DNA of 64,000 nucleotides, taken from contig JAHPZE010000007.1 of assembly GCA_019058365.1 (NCBI GenBank), forward strand, positions 103,210 to 167,209, in the 5' to 3' direction. Positions 42,131 through 52,167 of this stretch are shown here, in pieces (positions within the stretch are counted from its first letter, which is position 1; every line of letters starts with the position of its first letter). The position numbers and the translations under genes were made by a program. The stretch comes from Promethearchaeota archaeon (lineage in GTDB: Archaea > Asgardarchaeota > Lokiarchaeia > Sigyniarchaeales > SOKP01). The notes below the pieces were generated by a model. That model saw only the letters and a program-made list of their open reading frames with translations. It was not told the DNA's origin and made no database searches.

Positions 42131-44356
42131 ATGAAAGCTCAAAATATAAAGCAAAAAAAGAAAATTAAACTATTTATTGAAGGAATGATTCAGAAATTTG
42201 AAAATTCTATTAAAAAGATAAGGAATCTACTTACAAAATATTTATTACCTTATATTTTTACACTAGTATGCATTTTTTTATTGGTAGTTGTTGATATCTT
42301 TATTCTTATATATCCCCAATCTAAAACAATTAGTGAATTTACATCAATATTTACACTGTTAATATCAATTGGTTTTTCCGTTTTTGCGTTGTCCCTAACC
42401 ATATATACATTTATTTTAAAACTCACACACGGTCAGACAATTGGGAAATATATCGTTTCTGATATTAAAATAAAAAGAATTTGTAAAATTTTTTTCTTTT
42501 TGATGTCTTTATTGATTGTAAATTATATAGTTATTCTTATATTCAACTTGCAAGTAAATTTAATTGCTATTATATTATGGGCAATGATTTTTATCATCAT
42601 TATCGTATTTTTATTAATAAAAGTTATTCTTAAGATGGTTTCGGCAACAACAACAGAAGATTTTTCAGTTTATTTTATAAGACAGGCAATGAAAGTCAAA
42701 AAACCATTTTTGAAGGAGTATAAAAAATTTATTGATAGAGAAATGCCCAAAATCACAAGCAATCTTAACCAGTTTGAAGAAAATATGATGAGAGAGAGGA
42801 TTATATATGATTTATCCAAAAAATTATTGGATAGAGAAAAATATGTTCAGTTGCACAAAGATGCATTAAATATATTGATAGAAATGCAAGAATCTACGAA
42901 ATCCATTAATAAGAAAATATATGAGGCTATTGGTCGATTTTTAGTACCTCCCCACACATTTGGATTAGGTTCCGATTTTATCAGAGATAATATTGTCATT
43001 CCCGTGAAATATTTATACAAAAAGTATCCCGATTTTAACAAGGGATTTTTGTGGTATTTAGAAAGTTATGTTATTGGAATACTTGAATCTGAATTATTAG
43101 ATACGAGAATGCTTAGTGATATAAGACAATTGCTTCCAGAAATAGAGAACATCGGTTATATATCAGAATCGATAATTTTTGATGAAACAAATGATATATT
43201 GTATCGGATTGCCAAAAAAATAACCTCTTTAGATAAAAAGGTAGATGGAAACATATTTTATCATATTAAGGATGGTATTATAGAAGATATAATCAATATG
43301 GTATATAAGAGTAAAACTATCAAAGTTGATATTAATGCATATCATAGAACTACACTAATGAATAATACAATTATGTCTCGACTTCGAGATTTGTGTCAAT
43401 TAGATATATCTTGGCGTTATAAAACAAATATCATCAATAAATGCATTGAAATAGTTAAAACAATTAGCAAATCGAAAAGTTATAATTATATGTATGGTTT
43501 TTTTTCGCCATTTCAAGATATGTGGGAAAGTCTGTTGAAGGAAAAGCAAATTTTAGAATATAGAGAACAGCTAAGGAAGTTACCTGGCTTACATCCTTTC
43601 ACTCTTATTCCCTATATCCTTGATGTCGTGGATAAATTCATAGATATGACATATGATAATACGATCTTTGTAATAGAATCAAAACAATATGCAATATCTT
43701 ACTTCCCATTTATGAAACAAGTAAATCGTATTATGATTAATTTGGCGTTTGAATTATTCGATGTATTCCAATCCGCAAAAAATGATGAAATAAAAAACAT
43801 TGCATTAAAAACTCTTCAATATACTTATGATAAATCAGTCGAACTTGGTGAAAAATTTGAGTCTGTAGAAAATTTTGATTTAATAAATTATATTGCTTGT
43901 CCAATTACTATTGGTCATTTCCTCCTTACATGTGCAGTAGTAGATGGAATTGAAGACGGTTTAAAATATTTAGAAAATTGTACAAAGCTAAAATTTGGAA
44001 TTAAATGCATTTTCGGAATAAAATTTATAGTATATTTATACAAAAAAGCAAATGATAAATACAACATTACTAATGAAATGTTTAATACTCTGATCAAAGA
44101 CAATATAAATGAAATAAAATCTGTTTTTTTTAGATCAGCGATAGAATATGAAAAATTCAAAAATGGATCAATATCTATTCATCGTTCACCTTTACACAAC
44201 ATAGACGATTTTTCCGATTCTATCGAATGGAGGTATGGAAAGATTGGAAGCAAGGGGATTATGATATCAAAGCACATTAATCAAATCTTACTTATGCTTT
44301 CAGATAATCTATATCAACAGGAAAGGATCTCGTTTATTCAGCAAATAACAAATTAA
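42131..44356 (+). CDS. Hypothetical protein with 4 N-terminal TM helices and a large helical C-terminal domain
   Basis: Hydropathy pattern; 741-aa ORF. Confidence 0.75.
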   Translation: MKAQNIKQKKKIKLFIEGMIQKFENSIKKIRNLLTKYLLPYIFTLVCIFLLVVVDIFILIYPQSKTISEFTSIFTLLISIGFSVFALSLTIYTFILKLTHGQTIGKYIVSDIKIKRICKIFFFLMSLLIVNYIVILIFNLQVNLIAIILWAMIFIIIIVFLLIKVILKMVSATTTEDFSVYFIRQAMKVKKPFLKEYKKFIDREMPKITSNLNQFEENMMRERIIYDLSKKLLDREKYVQLHKDALNILIEMQESTKSINKKIYEAIGRFLVPPHTFGLGSDFIRDNIVIPVKYLYKKYPDFNKGFLWYLESYVIGILESELLDTRMLSDIRQLLPEIENIGYISESIIFDETNDILYRIAKKITSLDKKVDGNIFYHIKDGIIEDIINMVYKSKTIKVDINAYHRTTLMNNTIMSRLRDLCQLDISWRYKTNIINKCIEIVKTISKSKSYNYMYGFFSPFQDMWESLLKEKQILEYREQLRKLPGLHPFTLIPYILDVVDKFIDMTYDNTIFVIESKQYAISYFPFMKQVNRIMINLAFELFDVFQSAKNDEIKNIALKTLQYTYDKSVELGEKFESVENFDLINYIACPITIGHFLLTCAVVDGIEDGLKYLENCTKLKFGIKCIFGIKFIVYLYKKANDKYNITNEMFNTLIKDNINEIKSVFFRSAIEYEKFKNGSISIHRSPLHNIDDFSDSIEWRYGKIGSKGIMISKHINQILLMLSDNLYQQERISFIQQITN

Positions 44357-44481
44357 AGGAAAAAATGTAGAATTAATTAATTATAGAATAAGCATTATTT
44401 ACACAACTTGTGTATATGACATGATGTATATATGTTAAAAATCTTTTCTCTTACTTTCTTTTCTCATTCTATGTTTTTAGG

Positions 44482-44730
44482 TTACCGGATATGTCTAATT
44501 AAGAATCCTCTAATCTTTTCTATTAAAACTTCTCTGCATTTAGGATGCGACCATTCTTCAGCATTGAATAGATTTTCTTCGTCTGCTCTTATGTGAAGCT
44601 ATAAATGCATAAGAATAACACGTATACTCGTTTTTAACTCTCTAAAATTCTGAATTTTACTAATCTTATTGAAAGTCTGATTAATAAGCTCACTTCGAGC
44701 CTTTTTTACTCACTCACTCTTTTCATACAT
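44482..44730 (-). pseudogene. Pseudogene paralogue of 63514-63762
   Basis: MYEKSE*VKKARSELINQTFNKISKIQNFRELKTSIRVILMHL*LHIRADEENLFNAEEWSHPKCREVLIEKIRGFLIRHIR; same length, two in-frame stops. Confidence 0.92.
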
Positions 44731-44923
44731 TGCATTAAGACAATAGATTTTATGGCATATAAATCGGATGAGAGTTGTAAATTGTAGTTTGGTTCATTTT
44801 ACATTACTTGAGCTAATAATCTGATTTAGAGCATTATAATTATAGATATAATCCATTATATAACGCAGATTTGGGAAGATTAATATTATATAATGCTAAA
44901 TCATCGATTAATGTGAAAAATTA

Positions 44924-45160
44924 ATGCCAAATTTTGATTTAAACTGGGCTGATTTACGTAGTATAAATGGTTCTTAACAAAATGGATTTGAAGAATTATG
45001 TTGTCAGCTAGTGAGATATGAAGATTTACCTGTAGATTCCAAATACTTTAGAAAAAGAACTCCAGATGCAGGGGTCGAATGTTATAGCAATAGCTTTAAT
45101 AGATTTCTTAATAGCGCAATTACTATGATTCTTCTTAAAGAAAGAAAAATAAAAAGATAA
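44924..45160 (+). pseudogene. Remnant of an Mrr-like nuclease N-terminus typical of nuclease-NACHT/STAND (Avs-like) proteins
   Basis: MPNFDLNWADLRSINGS*QNGFEELCCQLVRYEDLPVDSKYFRKRTPDAGVECY; internal TAA at 44975, similarity stops after 'ECY'. Confidence 0.75.
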
Positions 45161-45323
45161 ATCCACTTTTTAATAAAATTTGATTTAGAAATTTATTAAT
45201 TTGATTTATACTGTCTATTTTTCCATTGAGATAATAATGTTTTTTATTTATAAGTTTTCTATATTATTATAATAGTGTCAAAAATTATAGACAAAAATAA
45301 TTCAATATTTATAGGAGAATTTT

Positions 45324-46559
45324 ATGGGAATCATTGGGAATGACGATGATAAAGATACTAATTCGTTTATAATTGGAAAATTGGTAGAATCAGAGGAGTT
45401 ATTAAATCTTGACATTTCATTTCCACATGTCATCCTTATCAGTGGAAAGAGAGGAACAGGCAAATCTTATTCATTAGGAGTAATAGCAGAGGGGTTGTTA
45501 GAAACCTCACAATTAGTACTTCTAACGGATACCATGAATATATATTGGACAATGTTTAAGAAAAATACTCAGAATGAATCTAAAAATCTGCCAAACTATG
45601 AGTTAATTTCAGAAGGACTTCCTATCAATCTAATAACTATCAAAAGTAATGATGACTTTTATGAAACAGTTCAAACCGAAACCAACCTTGTTCGAATCAC
45701 CAAATTAATTTTATTACCATCAGAGTTATCTCCATCTGAATGGTGTGATATGTTTGATCTGAGCATCAATTCGCCAATGGGTATGGCGTTATTTGATGCT
45801 GTATCAATAGTCTCAGAAAAAAGTTCGTTTAGTATTTCAGATATTGTTGCAAAACTAAATGAAACCGAAATTGCCATTGGAACATTAAAAGCTCTTGAAC
45901 GGAGGTTAAAGAGTGTTGAGCAATGGGGGCTTTTTGGAGAGAAAGGAGTAAAGCTAAATGAACTTATGGATAATAGGCATATTAATATTCTTGATTTAGG
46001 TATAATTCCAAGAGGATTTGGTGGTGGGATGAGGAATGTCCTTCTTACAATTTTAATAAGAAAGATCATGAATAATCGAGTTAGAATTCGCAAATATGAA
46101 GAATTAGCAGAAATAAGTGATAATGCCTACTTGTATAAATCAAAGATTAGAAAAGGACTTCTTCCTCTATGGTTATTAATTGACGAAGCACATCAATTTG
46201 TACCTCGTAAAGGCACGACTGTCTCCAAACCAGCTTTAATTACTTGGGCTAAAGAAGGGAGACAGCCAGGATTAGGACTAGTAATGGCGACTCAACGCCC
46301 GGGAGCATTAGATTCAGAGATATTAAGTCAATGTGATATTATTATAAGTCATAGGATTACTCTTAATCAAGATTTAAAAGCTTTAAATGATCTTTCTCAA
46401 AATTATATGACTCAAGAACTTCGTTATGCGATTGGTGAAATAAAAGGAAGAGGGAAAGCGATTATTATGGATGATATTACAGAAAAACTAATAAAGGCTG
46501 AAATCCGTCCTCGGAAAACTTGGCATGGTGGAGGAGAAAGAAAGATAAAGAAATATTGA
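45324..46559 (+). CDS. HerA/FtsK-superfamily ATPase (DUF87-type)
   Basis: Walker A GKRGTGKS, Walker B LLIDEAH, arginine finger 'KEGRQPG', 'ATQRP', 'LSQC'. Confidence 0.93.
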   Translation: MGIIGNDDDKDTNSFIIGKLVESEELLNLDISFPHVILISGKRGTGKSYSLGVIAEGLLETSQLVLLTDTMNIYWTMFKKNTQNESKNLPNYELISEGLPINLITIKSNDDFYETVQTETNLVRITKLILLPSELSPSEWCDMFDLSINSPMGMALFDAVSIVSEKSSFSISDIVAKLNETEIAIGTLKALERRLKSVEQWGLFGEKGVKLNELMDNRHINILDLGIIPRGFGGGMRNVLLTILIRKIMNNRVRIRKYEELAEISDNAYLYKSKIRKGLLPLWLLIDEAHQFVPRKGTTVSKPALITWAKEGRQPGLGLVMATQRPGALDSEILSQCDIIISHRITLNQDLKALNDLSQNYMTQELRYAIGEIKGRGKAIIMDDITEKLIKAEIRPRKTWHGGGERKIKKY

Positions 46560-46571
46560 GAGCGTAAACGT

Positions 46572-47396
46572 ATGAGAGACTATCTTAATTATAAATACAA
46601 AATAATATATTCAGAACAATTTAGACTTCCTAGTATAAAATTTTTATTGAAATTATTTTCAAATAAAAAATCTCTATCTAAAAATGATTTAACTTCAAAG
46701 TGCATTCCATCTTCATATTTTAATAGCAAATTAACTTTAGAAAAATCAATAAGAATGATGAATTACTATGGATTAATTAATAAGAATAAGGAAAATTATC
46801 AACTTACGGAATTTGGTATAGTTGCTAAATATTCAACTCAATACAAAACTGAAAATGAATTCTTAGAAATACTAAATTACAGTTCATATGTAAATAATCT
46901 TACATACCATCTAATAATTGATCTTTTATTTAATATTTCAGAAAAGGAAATATCTGGAAGCATTGATTTCTTCTCTCAAATGTCTAGTGAGGAACAATAT
47001 ACTTACATCCAGAATAAAATTGAAGAATCTGTACAAAAAAATCTGCATAAGCGATATATCAGACATTTTACACACCCTATTAGGAAAATGGGTATTGTAG
47101 ATAAGTTTGGATTTATGCCAAGATTAAGAAATAATTTGTGGAAGGGTATTTTTTTAATCTCATTTAGTGATGTGTTAAAAGAAAATAAAAAGTCAAATAA
47201 TGAAATTTTACTTACAGATACTCTAATCAAGGATATTATAGCGCCCTTATTTTTAACTAAAGATGCGTTTTACTCATTCCTTAATAGAGAAACTTTACAT
47301 CCATATTTTAAATTGAACATAACAAAAGGGAAGGAATATTATATTCAAATTAATAAAATAGTAACACCCTTAACTATAGTGGAGGAGAATCTATGA
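46572..47396 (+). CDS. Tandem winged-helix DNA-binding protein (BrxA-like by position)
   Basis: 'SIRMMNYYGLI...YQLTEFG' and 'PIRKMGIV' wHTH-like ends; in the operon. Confidence 0.5.
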   Translation: MRDYLNYKYKIIYSEQFRLPSIKFLLKLFSNKKSLSKNDLTSKCIPSSYFNSKLTLEKSIRMMNYYGLINKNKENYQLTEFGIVAKYSTQYKTENEFLEILNYSSYVNNLTYHLIIDLLFNISEKEISGSIDFFSQMSSEEQYTYIQNKIEESVQKNLHKRYIRHFTHPIRKMGIVDKFGFMPRLRNNLWKGIFLISFSDVLKENKKSNNEILLTDTLIKDIIAPLFLTKDAFYSFLNRETLHPYFKLNITKGKEYYIQINKIVTPLTIVEENL

Positions 47397-47929
47397 ATTT
47401 AAAGAACTATATTTGGAATCATTCAGATGAATTCTATCTTATGCAAAATCAAGAAGACATTTTTAATAAAATTAAAGACTTCAAATTGAATGGTCCTATA
47501 CATATAGGAGGGGAAGAAGGGAATGGTAAGACTTTTTTAGCTAGAAAATTGCTAAATAATGAGTCGATTTATTTACCCATTCATTATAATTTCGATAGAT
47601 ATCTACTCAAGAATTATTCATTAATAATAGTAGATAACATTATTAATTTTCATTCAGAAATAATTTCAAAATTAAAAAGATGCATACAACATTGTAGATT
47701 GTTATTAATAATTAGTGAAAATTATTCAAAATCTTTAAATAATGATATCAATGCTATAATTAGACGTAATATAGACTTATATCCTCCTGATCTTGAAGAG
47801 ATAAATAATTTAGCACATTATTTATTTGAAATTTTCAAGATACCCTATAAAAATCTGCCTAAAAATGTTAATAATTTACAAAAATTAATAGACTTTTTCG
47901 ATCAGATAATAATAGAAAAAAATGAGTGA
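47393..47929 (+). CDS. Small P-loop NTPase (BrxB-like by size and position)
   Basis: Walker A GEEGNGKT, Walker B 'LIIVDN'; 4-nt overlaps on both sides. Confidence 0.65.
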   Translation: MNLKNYIWNHSDEFYLMQNQEDIFNKIKDFKLNGPIHIGGEEGNGKTFLARKLLNNESIYLPIHYNFDRYLLKNYSLIIVDNIINFHSEIISKLKRCIQHCRLLLIISENYSKSLNNDINAIIRRNIDLYPPDLEEINNLAHYLFEIFKIPYKNLPKNVNNLQKLIDFFDQIIIEKNE

Positions 47930-50900
47930 TGATTGATATGGATTTACGAGATGCTATAAAAAATTTGGGAGTTCTCGATATATTAAATGAAACTGCTACC
48001 CCAATTCGATTAAATCAATATTTTAATGAAAAATTTGAATTAATTAAAACTGGAAAGCACTTAATTAAAATAATGGAAACCTTAGCTCTTTATTGTGTAC
48101 CTAGTTGTGATCATGATAAAGCTCTTAAGAATATTATTAATAAAACTAAAGATGGAAAAGGACACATTGGTGTGGTTGAGGGGGATTTTGGCTCTGGGAA
48201 AACTGCATTTATGGCTTATATATGGGATAGATTAGAAAATGAAGGATATATGTCTTTACCTCCTCTGGGTCATGCAGATCCAAAACAGATCGTTGAAGCT
48301 ACTGGGAAATGGATAAAAAGCAAACTGGAAAGCAAACATTATAATGAAATTGATCAAATTTTAGAAAGAATAAATGATGTCAATCTTGAAAAAATAGCTA
48401 GTGCGATTGAAGATACAGAAGAGCTAAGAACTTTAGGGGTAATTGCTGGAGAAATTTTAAATGAACTTGCAAAATTCTGTAAGAAAGTAGGTTTTAGTGG
48501 ATTAATTATCCTTTTAGATGAATTGGAATATATTACTTCCGTTAGCAGAGGTAGTGAATCGAGTGAAAATATTAGACGTAATTTGGAATTATATAGAGAA
48601 TTCGTAAGGACAATTAATACTCAACAAAACATTTCTCCTTTAGTTTTTATGATTAGTGTTATCAGCTCTGATTGGGATCAAATTGAAAGCTTAAGGCATT
48701 TTTCAGGGCTAACTCAATCATTCCGTAGCAAATATAATGTTAATTCCCAAAGAGATAAGGATAATCCAGAGAAAAATCTAAGTTCTTTTCAAATCTGGAG
48801 TCATTGGAAAAATAAAATAGCTGAAAATGAAAATATTGGTGTTAAAGCAATACCTGATCCTTTTCATCCTATTATATTTAAAATTATTGATACAATATGC
48901 TTTGATCGTCCTGGAGAGGGTCAACAACCAAGAATGAGAGGTGTAATAAGAATATTGCAAGAACTATTAAAACAATATGTTGATAATAAAGAAATTCAAA
49001 CAATTATGCCAAATAGCATTTCAATTTTATTAAAAGAAGTTAATATTGGAAGTATAAAACAAGAGGGGATATTAGAAATTGAGGAGGATATACTTAAAAT
49101 CCCTTTTAAAGAGAGAAAGTATGCAAATATTGCACTTGAGATAGCGCAGATCTGCATTCCACTCTTTTGGAATGGTATTAATATAGATGAATTAGAAGAG
49201 ATTTTTGAAAATAAAGATGATTTTCAAATTGCTTTGAAAGAATTAAAAAAGCTTGGTTTTATCACTTATGAAGGTAAGGATAAAATCAGAATTGACCGAG
49301 AATATATGGAAAAGACTGTAAATAGACTTACACAAGATTTATCAATTAGACAAATTCTTAAAGAGATTAAAATAAAAGGCTTTCATGAATATGCTTATCC
49401 AGTTTTAGGTATGGAAGAGAGCATTAAAGCTTTAATAAGAAATCTAGAACTTAATATTGAAGAATTAGATTCAGAAGAAAATTATGTCAGATATAAAATA
49501 ACAGGTGAAATTGAGGAACCTACTATTAACCTATATTGGATAGAAAGGTGTTTTGAAGTTGTTGTAAGCGAAGAGCGTGATTTTGAAAAAGTTCTAAATA
49601 AAATATATCAAAATAACTCCTCAGATTTAAAAATTATCTTTCTATTGAGAGATTTTGATGAATCTGAAACGTTTATTGATGACAAGAATAATACGTTAGT
49701 AATTAAGATTGGTCCAGAAGTTGAGTGCAAATTAGAAGATGTTCAAGTCTCTCTTAAAGAAGCAGCAGCAATTTTCTACTATATGCATGAAAATAAAATA
49801 ATAAAAGGTCAAGAAACAATACAGAGTACTATTGTCCGTAGTATTTTTCAATCTATTGATATTGATGTATTTCAAATTGATGAGAAGGTTACTAGTTTTC
49901 ATGATTTAATTATCAATCTCTATAGGTTATTCTATCCTGAATATCAACCAGTAATGACAAAAAGTAGAACGCCTTCCAGTGCCATATCTAAGTTTATTGA
50001 ATTTATAAAGCAATTAGATTTAGAATATCGTGATTTCGGAGCGAGGGTACCTAAAACTAAATTTGATGAAGTTCTTTTTAACGTGGTCCCTCGAAAAAGT
50101 CAACATACTACATTAGAAAACAAGTTTCAGCAATATAACCTAATTCGGAAAGAGACTGAAAGCTCTGGTATATTCATGGTTATGAATGGTTTAATGGCTG
50201 AGAAGTTAATTGAGCAAAAAATTAGTGAAGACTCATTTATTTTAGATGATATTAAAGCATATCTAAGAGATTTGGGTTATCGAAATATAGAGATAGATTT
50301 AGCAATAGAGATTCTTGTGAAATATCGGGAAATGTATGAGATTAAGAAAGAAAGAATTGATATTTCTGGAAAAAAAGTTCTAAACGACGTATTAAAGAAA
50401 CGTAAATTTGAATTAGATTTCCTTCATAATTTTATAAGAAATATTGATACTTTGATAACTTCAATTTTTAAGGATGATAAGGATCTTTTCAATAAAGATC
50501 TAATTGAAAATTACAATAATTACAAACATAATTTTCAAAGTCTTGAGGAAACGTCTAACCTAATTAAAGACAAAACAATAAAAATAGAACAACAACAAGG
50601 TATCTTTCTTAATAAATTTAGAGATTTCGGCCAAATTTCTCAGAATCTTATTGGTCAGCTTGGCAAGTTCATAAAAAACATAAAAGATGAGACAGGTTTA
50701 TTCTATAATATAAAAAATATAGAAAAGATCTCTGTAGTCCCTCCAAAAGCACCTTATCCGGATTTTGCAGGCATTTTGAATAATATTTATAAAGAACTCC
50801 AAAATAATGTTCAGAAAATCTCTCAGAATAAAACTATTTTAATATCTTTTGAAAAAATATCTCAATTATTTCGAACTCTTGAGTCCTTTTTAGATAAATT

Positions 50901-52155
50901 GAATAACACAAGAGGGCTTCCCGAAGAAGGCATAGAAAATGATCTTAATAATATTATTAAGAAATATGCTGAAAGACCTACTACTATCAATGCAAATGTC
51001 TTATCTATTATTGGAAAAGATATAAATGATGTAATAAATGAATCTAGTAAAATTCAAAATGCCAGAAATGTAATTAATACCTTTATCACAGACTATTATT
51101 CATTTTGTGAAATTCTAAATGGTAAGGATTTAAAATCTTCATACTATGATCTTCAATACTCAAGCCAAATAATCGAAAGCAAACTAAAAATTAATGAAAA
51201 AGTAAAAAAAGAAATGGAGTCTCTTGAAACAATATTAATTAAGGCGAAAAGTAGATTAAATTCATCTTTAACCGCATTAAATGAATGTGTTACCGAGTTA
51301 AAAACAGATCCAGGTTTAGTTATACAATTCAGAACGGAAAGTGGAAAAGCAAGGGATCTTATTGAACTTCTAGAGCTGGTACAATTAAATAACCGTCTTC
51401 ATGATTTTAAGGATAAGTTTGAGAAGAAATATAATGAAACGAAAATAAGATTTTTAGATTTGATATCTCTTTCGAATCGATATGGTGTTAATGTTACTGA
51501 CACTCCAGTTCTGATAGATTCAGATAAATTTGAATCTGAATTTCCAAAATTAGATATATTAAATGACAAATATATTTCAATTATATTAAGATCTAAATCG
51601 CTAGAAACCCAACTCTTCAAATTATCACAGGAATTAATTGAATTACTTTTAAGTCATCTTTCTATTAGTATTAAGGAAGTTGATTCTAATTATGAAATTT
51701 TTAAAAAAATTATAGACATATCATCTTTACGAGGTGAAGATCAGGAAAGTATTCAAAAAAGTATTACTTCAATTGAGGAAATCGAGAAGGAAAGAATTCA
51801 ATTATTGAATAGTTTGTCTAATATTGAAGAGCCTAATAAAAAGATCAATTCCCTATATGTAAGGATTAAAAAGCAACAAGAATTTATAAAAGAACTCTGG
51901 CAAATCTACCAAAGTCGTTTAGAGAAGAAGAATGAATTGTTAAATGTAAAAAATGATTTAATGAAAATTCAAAGTGAAAATAAAGGTCCCTTTTCATTAT
52001 ATCAATATATTTTAAATTTTAAAAATCTTGAAAGAATGAGTAGAGACGAGATTCATGAATTATTATTAAATTCAGCAGAAAATATCTTTCAATTAGCCTT
52101 AGAAGGACATTTAAAATTAAAATTTGAAGTAATTAAATCAGAAGATGAAGAATAA
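47926..52155 (+). CDS. Large BrxC/PglY-like AAA+ ATPase with wHTH and long coiled-coil C-terminus
   Basis: Walker A GDFGSGKT, Walker B IILLDELE, 'PFHP', 'RMRGVIR', wHTH 'LKELKKLGFI'; directly precedes pglZ. Confidence 0.75.
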   Translation: MMIDMDLRDAIKNLGVLDILNETATPIRLNQYFNEKFELIKTGKHLIKIMETLALYCVPSCDHDKALKNIINKTKDGKGHIGVVEGDFGSGKTAFMAYIWDRLENEGYMSLPPLGHADPKQIVEATGKWIKSKLESKHYNEIDQILERINDVNLEKIASAIEDTEELRTLGVIAGEILNELAKFCKKVGFSGLIILLDELEYITSVSRGSESSENIRRNLELYREFVRTINTQQNISPLVFMISVISSDWDQIESLRHFSGLTQSFRSKYNVNSQRDKDNPEKNLSSFQIWSHWKNKIAENENIGVKAIPDPFHPIIFKIIDTICFDRPGEGQQPRMRGVIRILQELLKQYVDNKEIQTIMPNSISILLKEVNIGSIKQEGILEIEEDILKIPFKERKYANIALEIAQICIPLFWNGINIDELEEIFENKDDFQIALKELKKLGFITYEGKDKIRIDREYMEKTVNRLTQDLSIRQILKEIKIKGFHEYAYPVLGMEESIKALIRNLELNIEELDSEENYVRYKITGEIEEPTINLYWIERCFEVVVSEERDFEKVLNKIYQNNSSDLKIIFLLRDFDESETFIDDKNNTLVIKIGPEVECKLEDVQVSLKEAAAIFYYMHENKIIKGQETIQSTIVRSIFQSIDIDVFQIDEKVTSFHDLIINLYRLFYPEYQPVMTKSRTPSSAISKFIEFIKQLDLEYRDFGARVPKTKFDEVLFNVVPRKSQHTTLENKFQQYNLIRKETESSGIFMVMNGLMAEKLIEQKISEDSFILDDIKAYLRDLGYRNIEIDLAIEILVKYREMYEIKKERIDISGKKVLNDVLKKRKFELDFLHNFIRNIDTLITSIFKDDKDLFNKDLIENYNNYKHNFQSLEETSNLIKDKTIKIEQQQGIFLNKFRDFGQISQNLIGQLGKFIKNIKDETGLFYNIKNIEKISVVPPKAPYPDFAGILNNIYKELQNNVQKISQNKTILISFEKISQLFRTLESFLDKLNNTRGLPEEGIENDLNNIIKKYAERPTTINANVLSIIGKDINDVINESSKIQNARNVINTFITDYYSFCEILNGKDLKSSYYDLQYSSQIIESKLKINEKVKKEMESLETILIKAKSRLNSSLTALNECVTELKTDPGLVIQFRTESGKARDLIELLELVQLNNRLHDFKDKFEKKYNETKIRFLDLISLSNRYGVNVTDTPVLIDSDKFESEFPKLDILNDKYISIILRSKSLETQLFKLSQELIELLLSHLSISIKEVDSNYEIFKKIIDISSLRGEDQESIQKSITSIEEIEKERIQLLNSLSNIEEPNKKINSLYVRIKKQQEFIKELWQIYQSRLEKKNELLNVKNDLMKIQSENKGPFSLYQYILNFKNLERMSRDEIHELLLNSAENIFQLALEGHLKLKFEVIKSEDEE

Positions 52156-52167
52156 GGATGTGATTAG

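Noticed and set aside
44482-44730. TGA/TAG in the paralogue as Sec/Pyl recoding
   Set aside because: The stops align to Ala and Trp (TGG to TAG) in the intact copy; ordinary pseudogenisation
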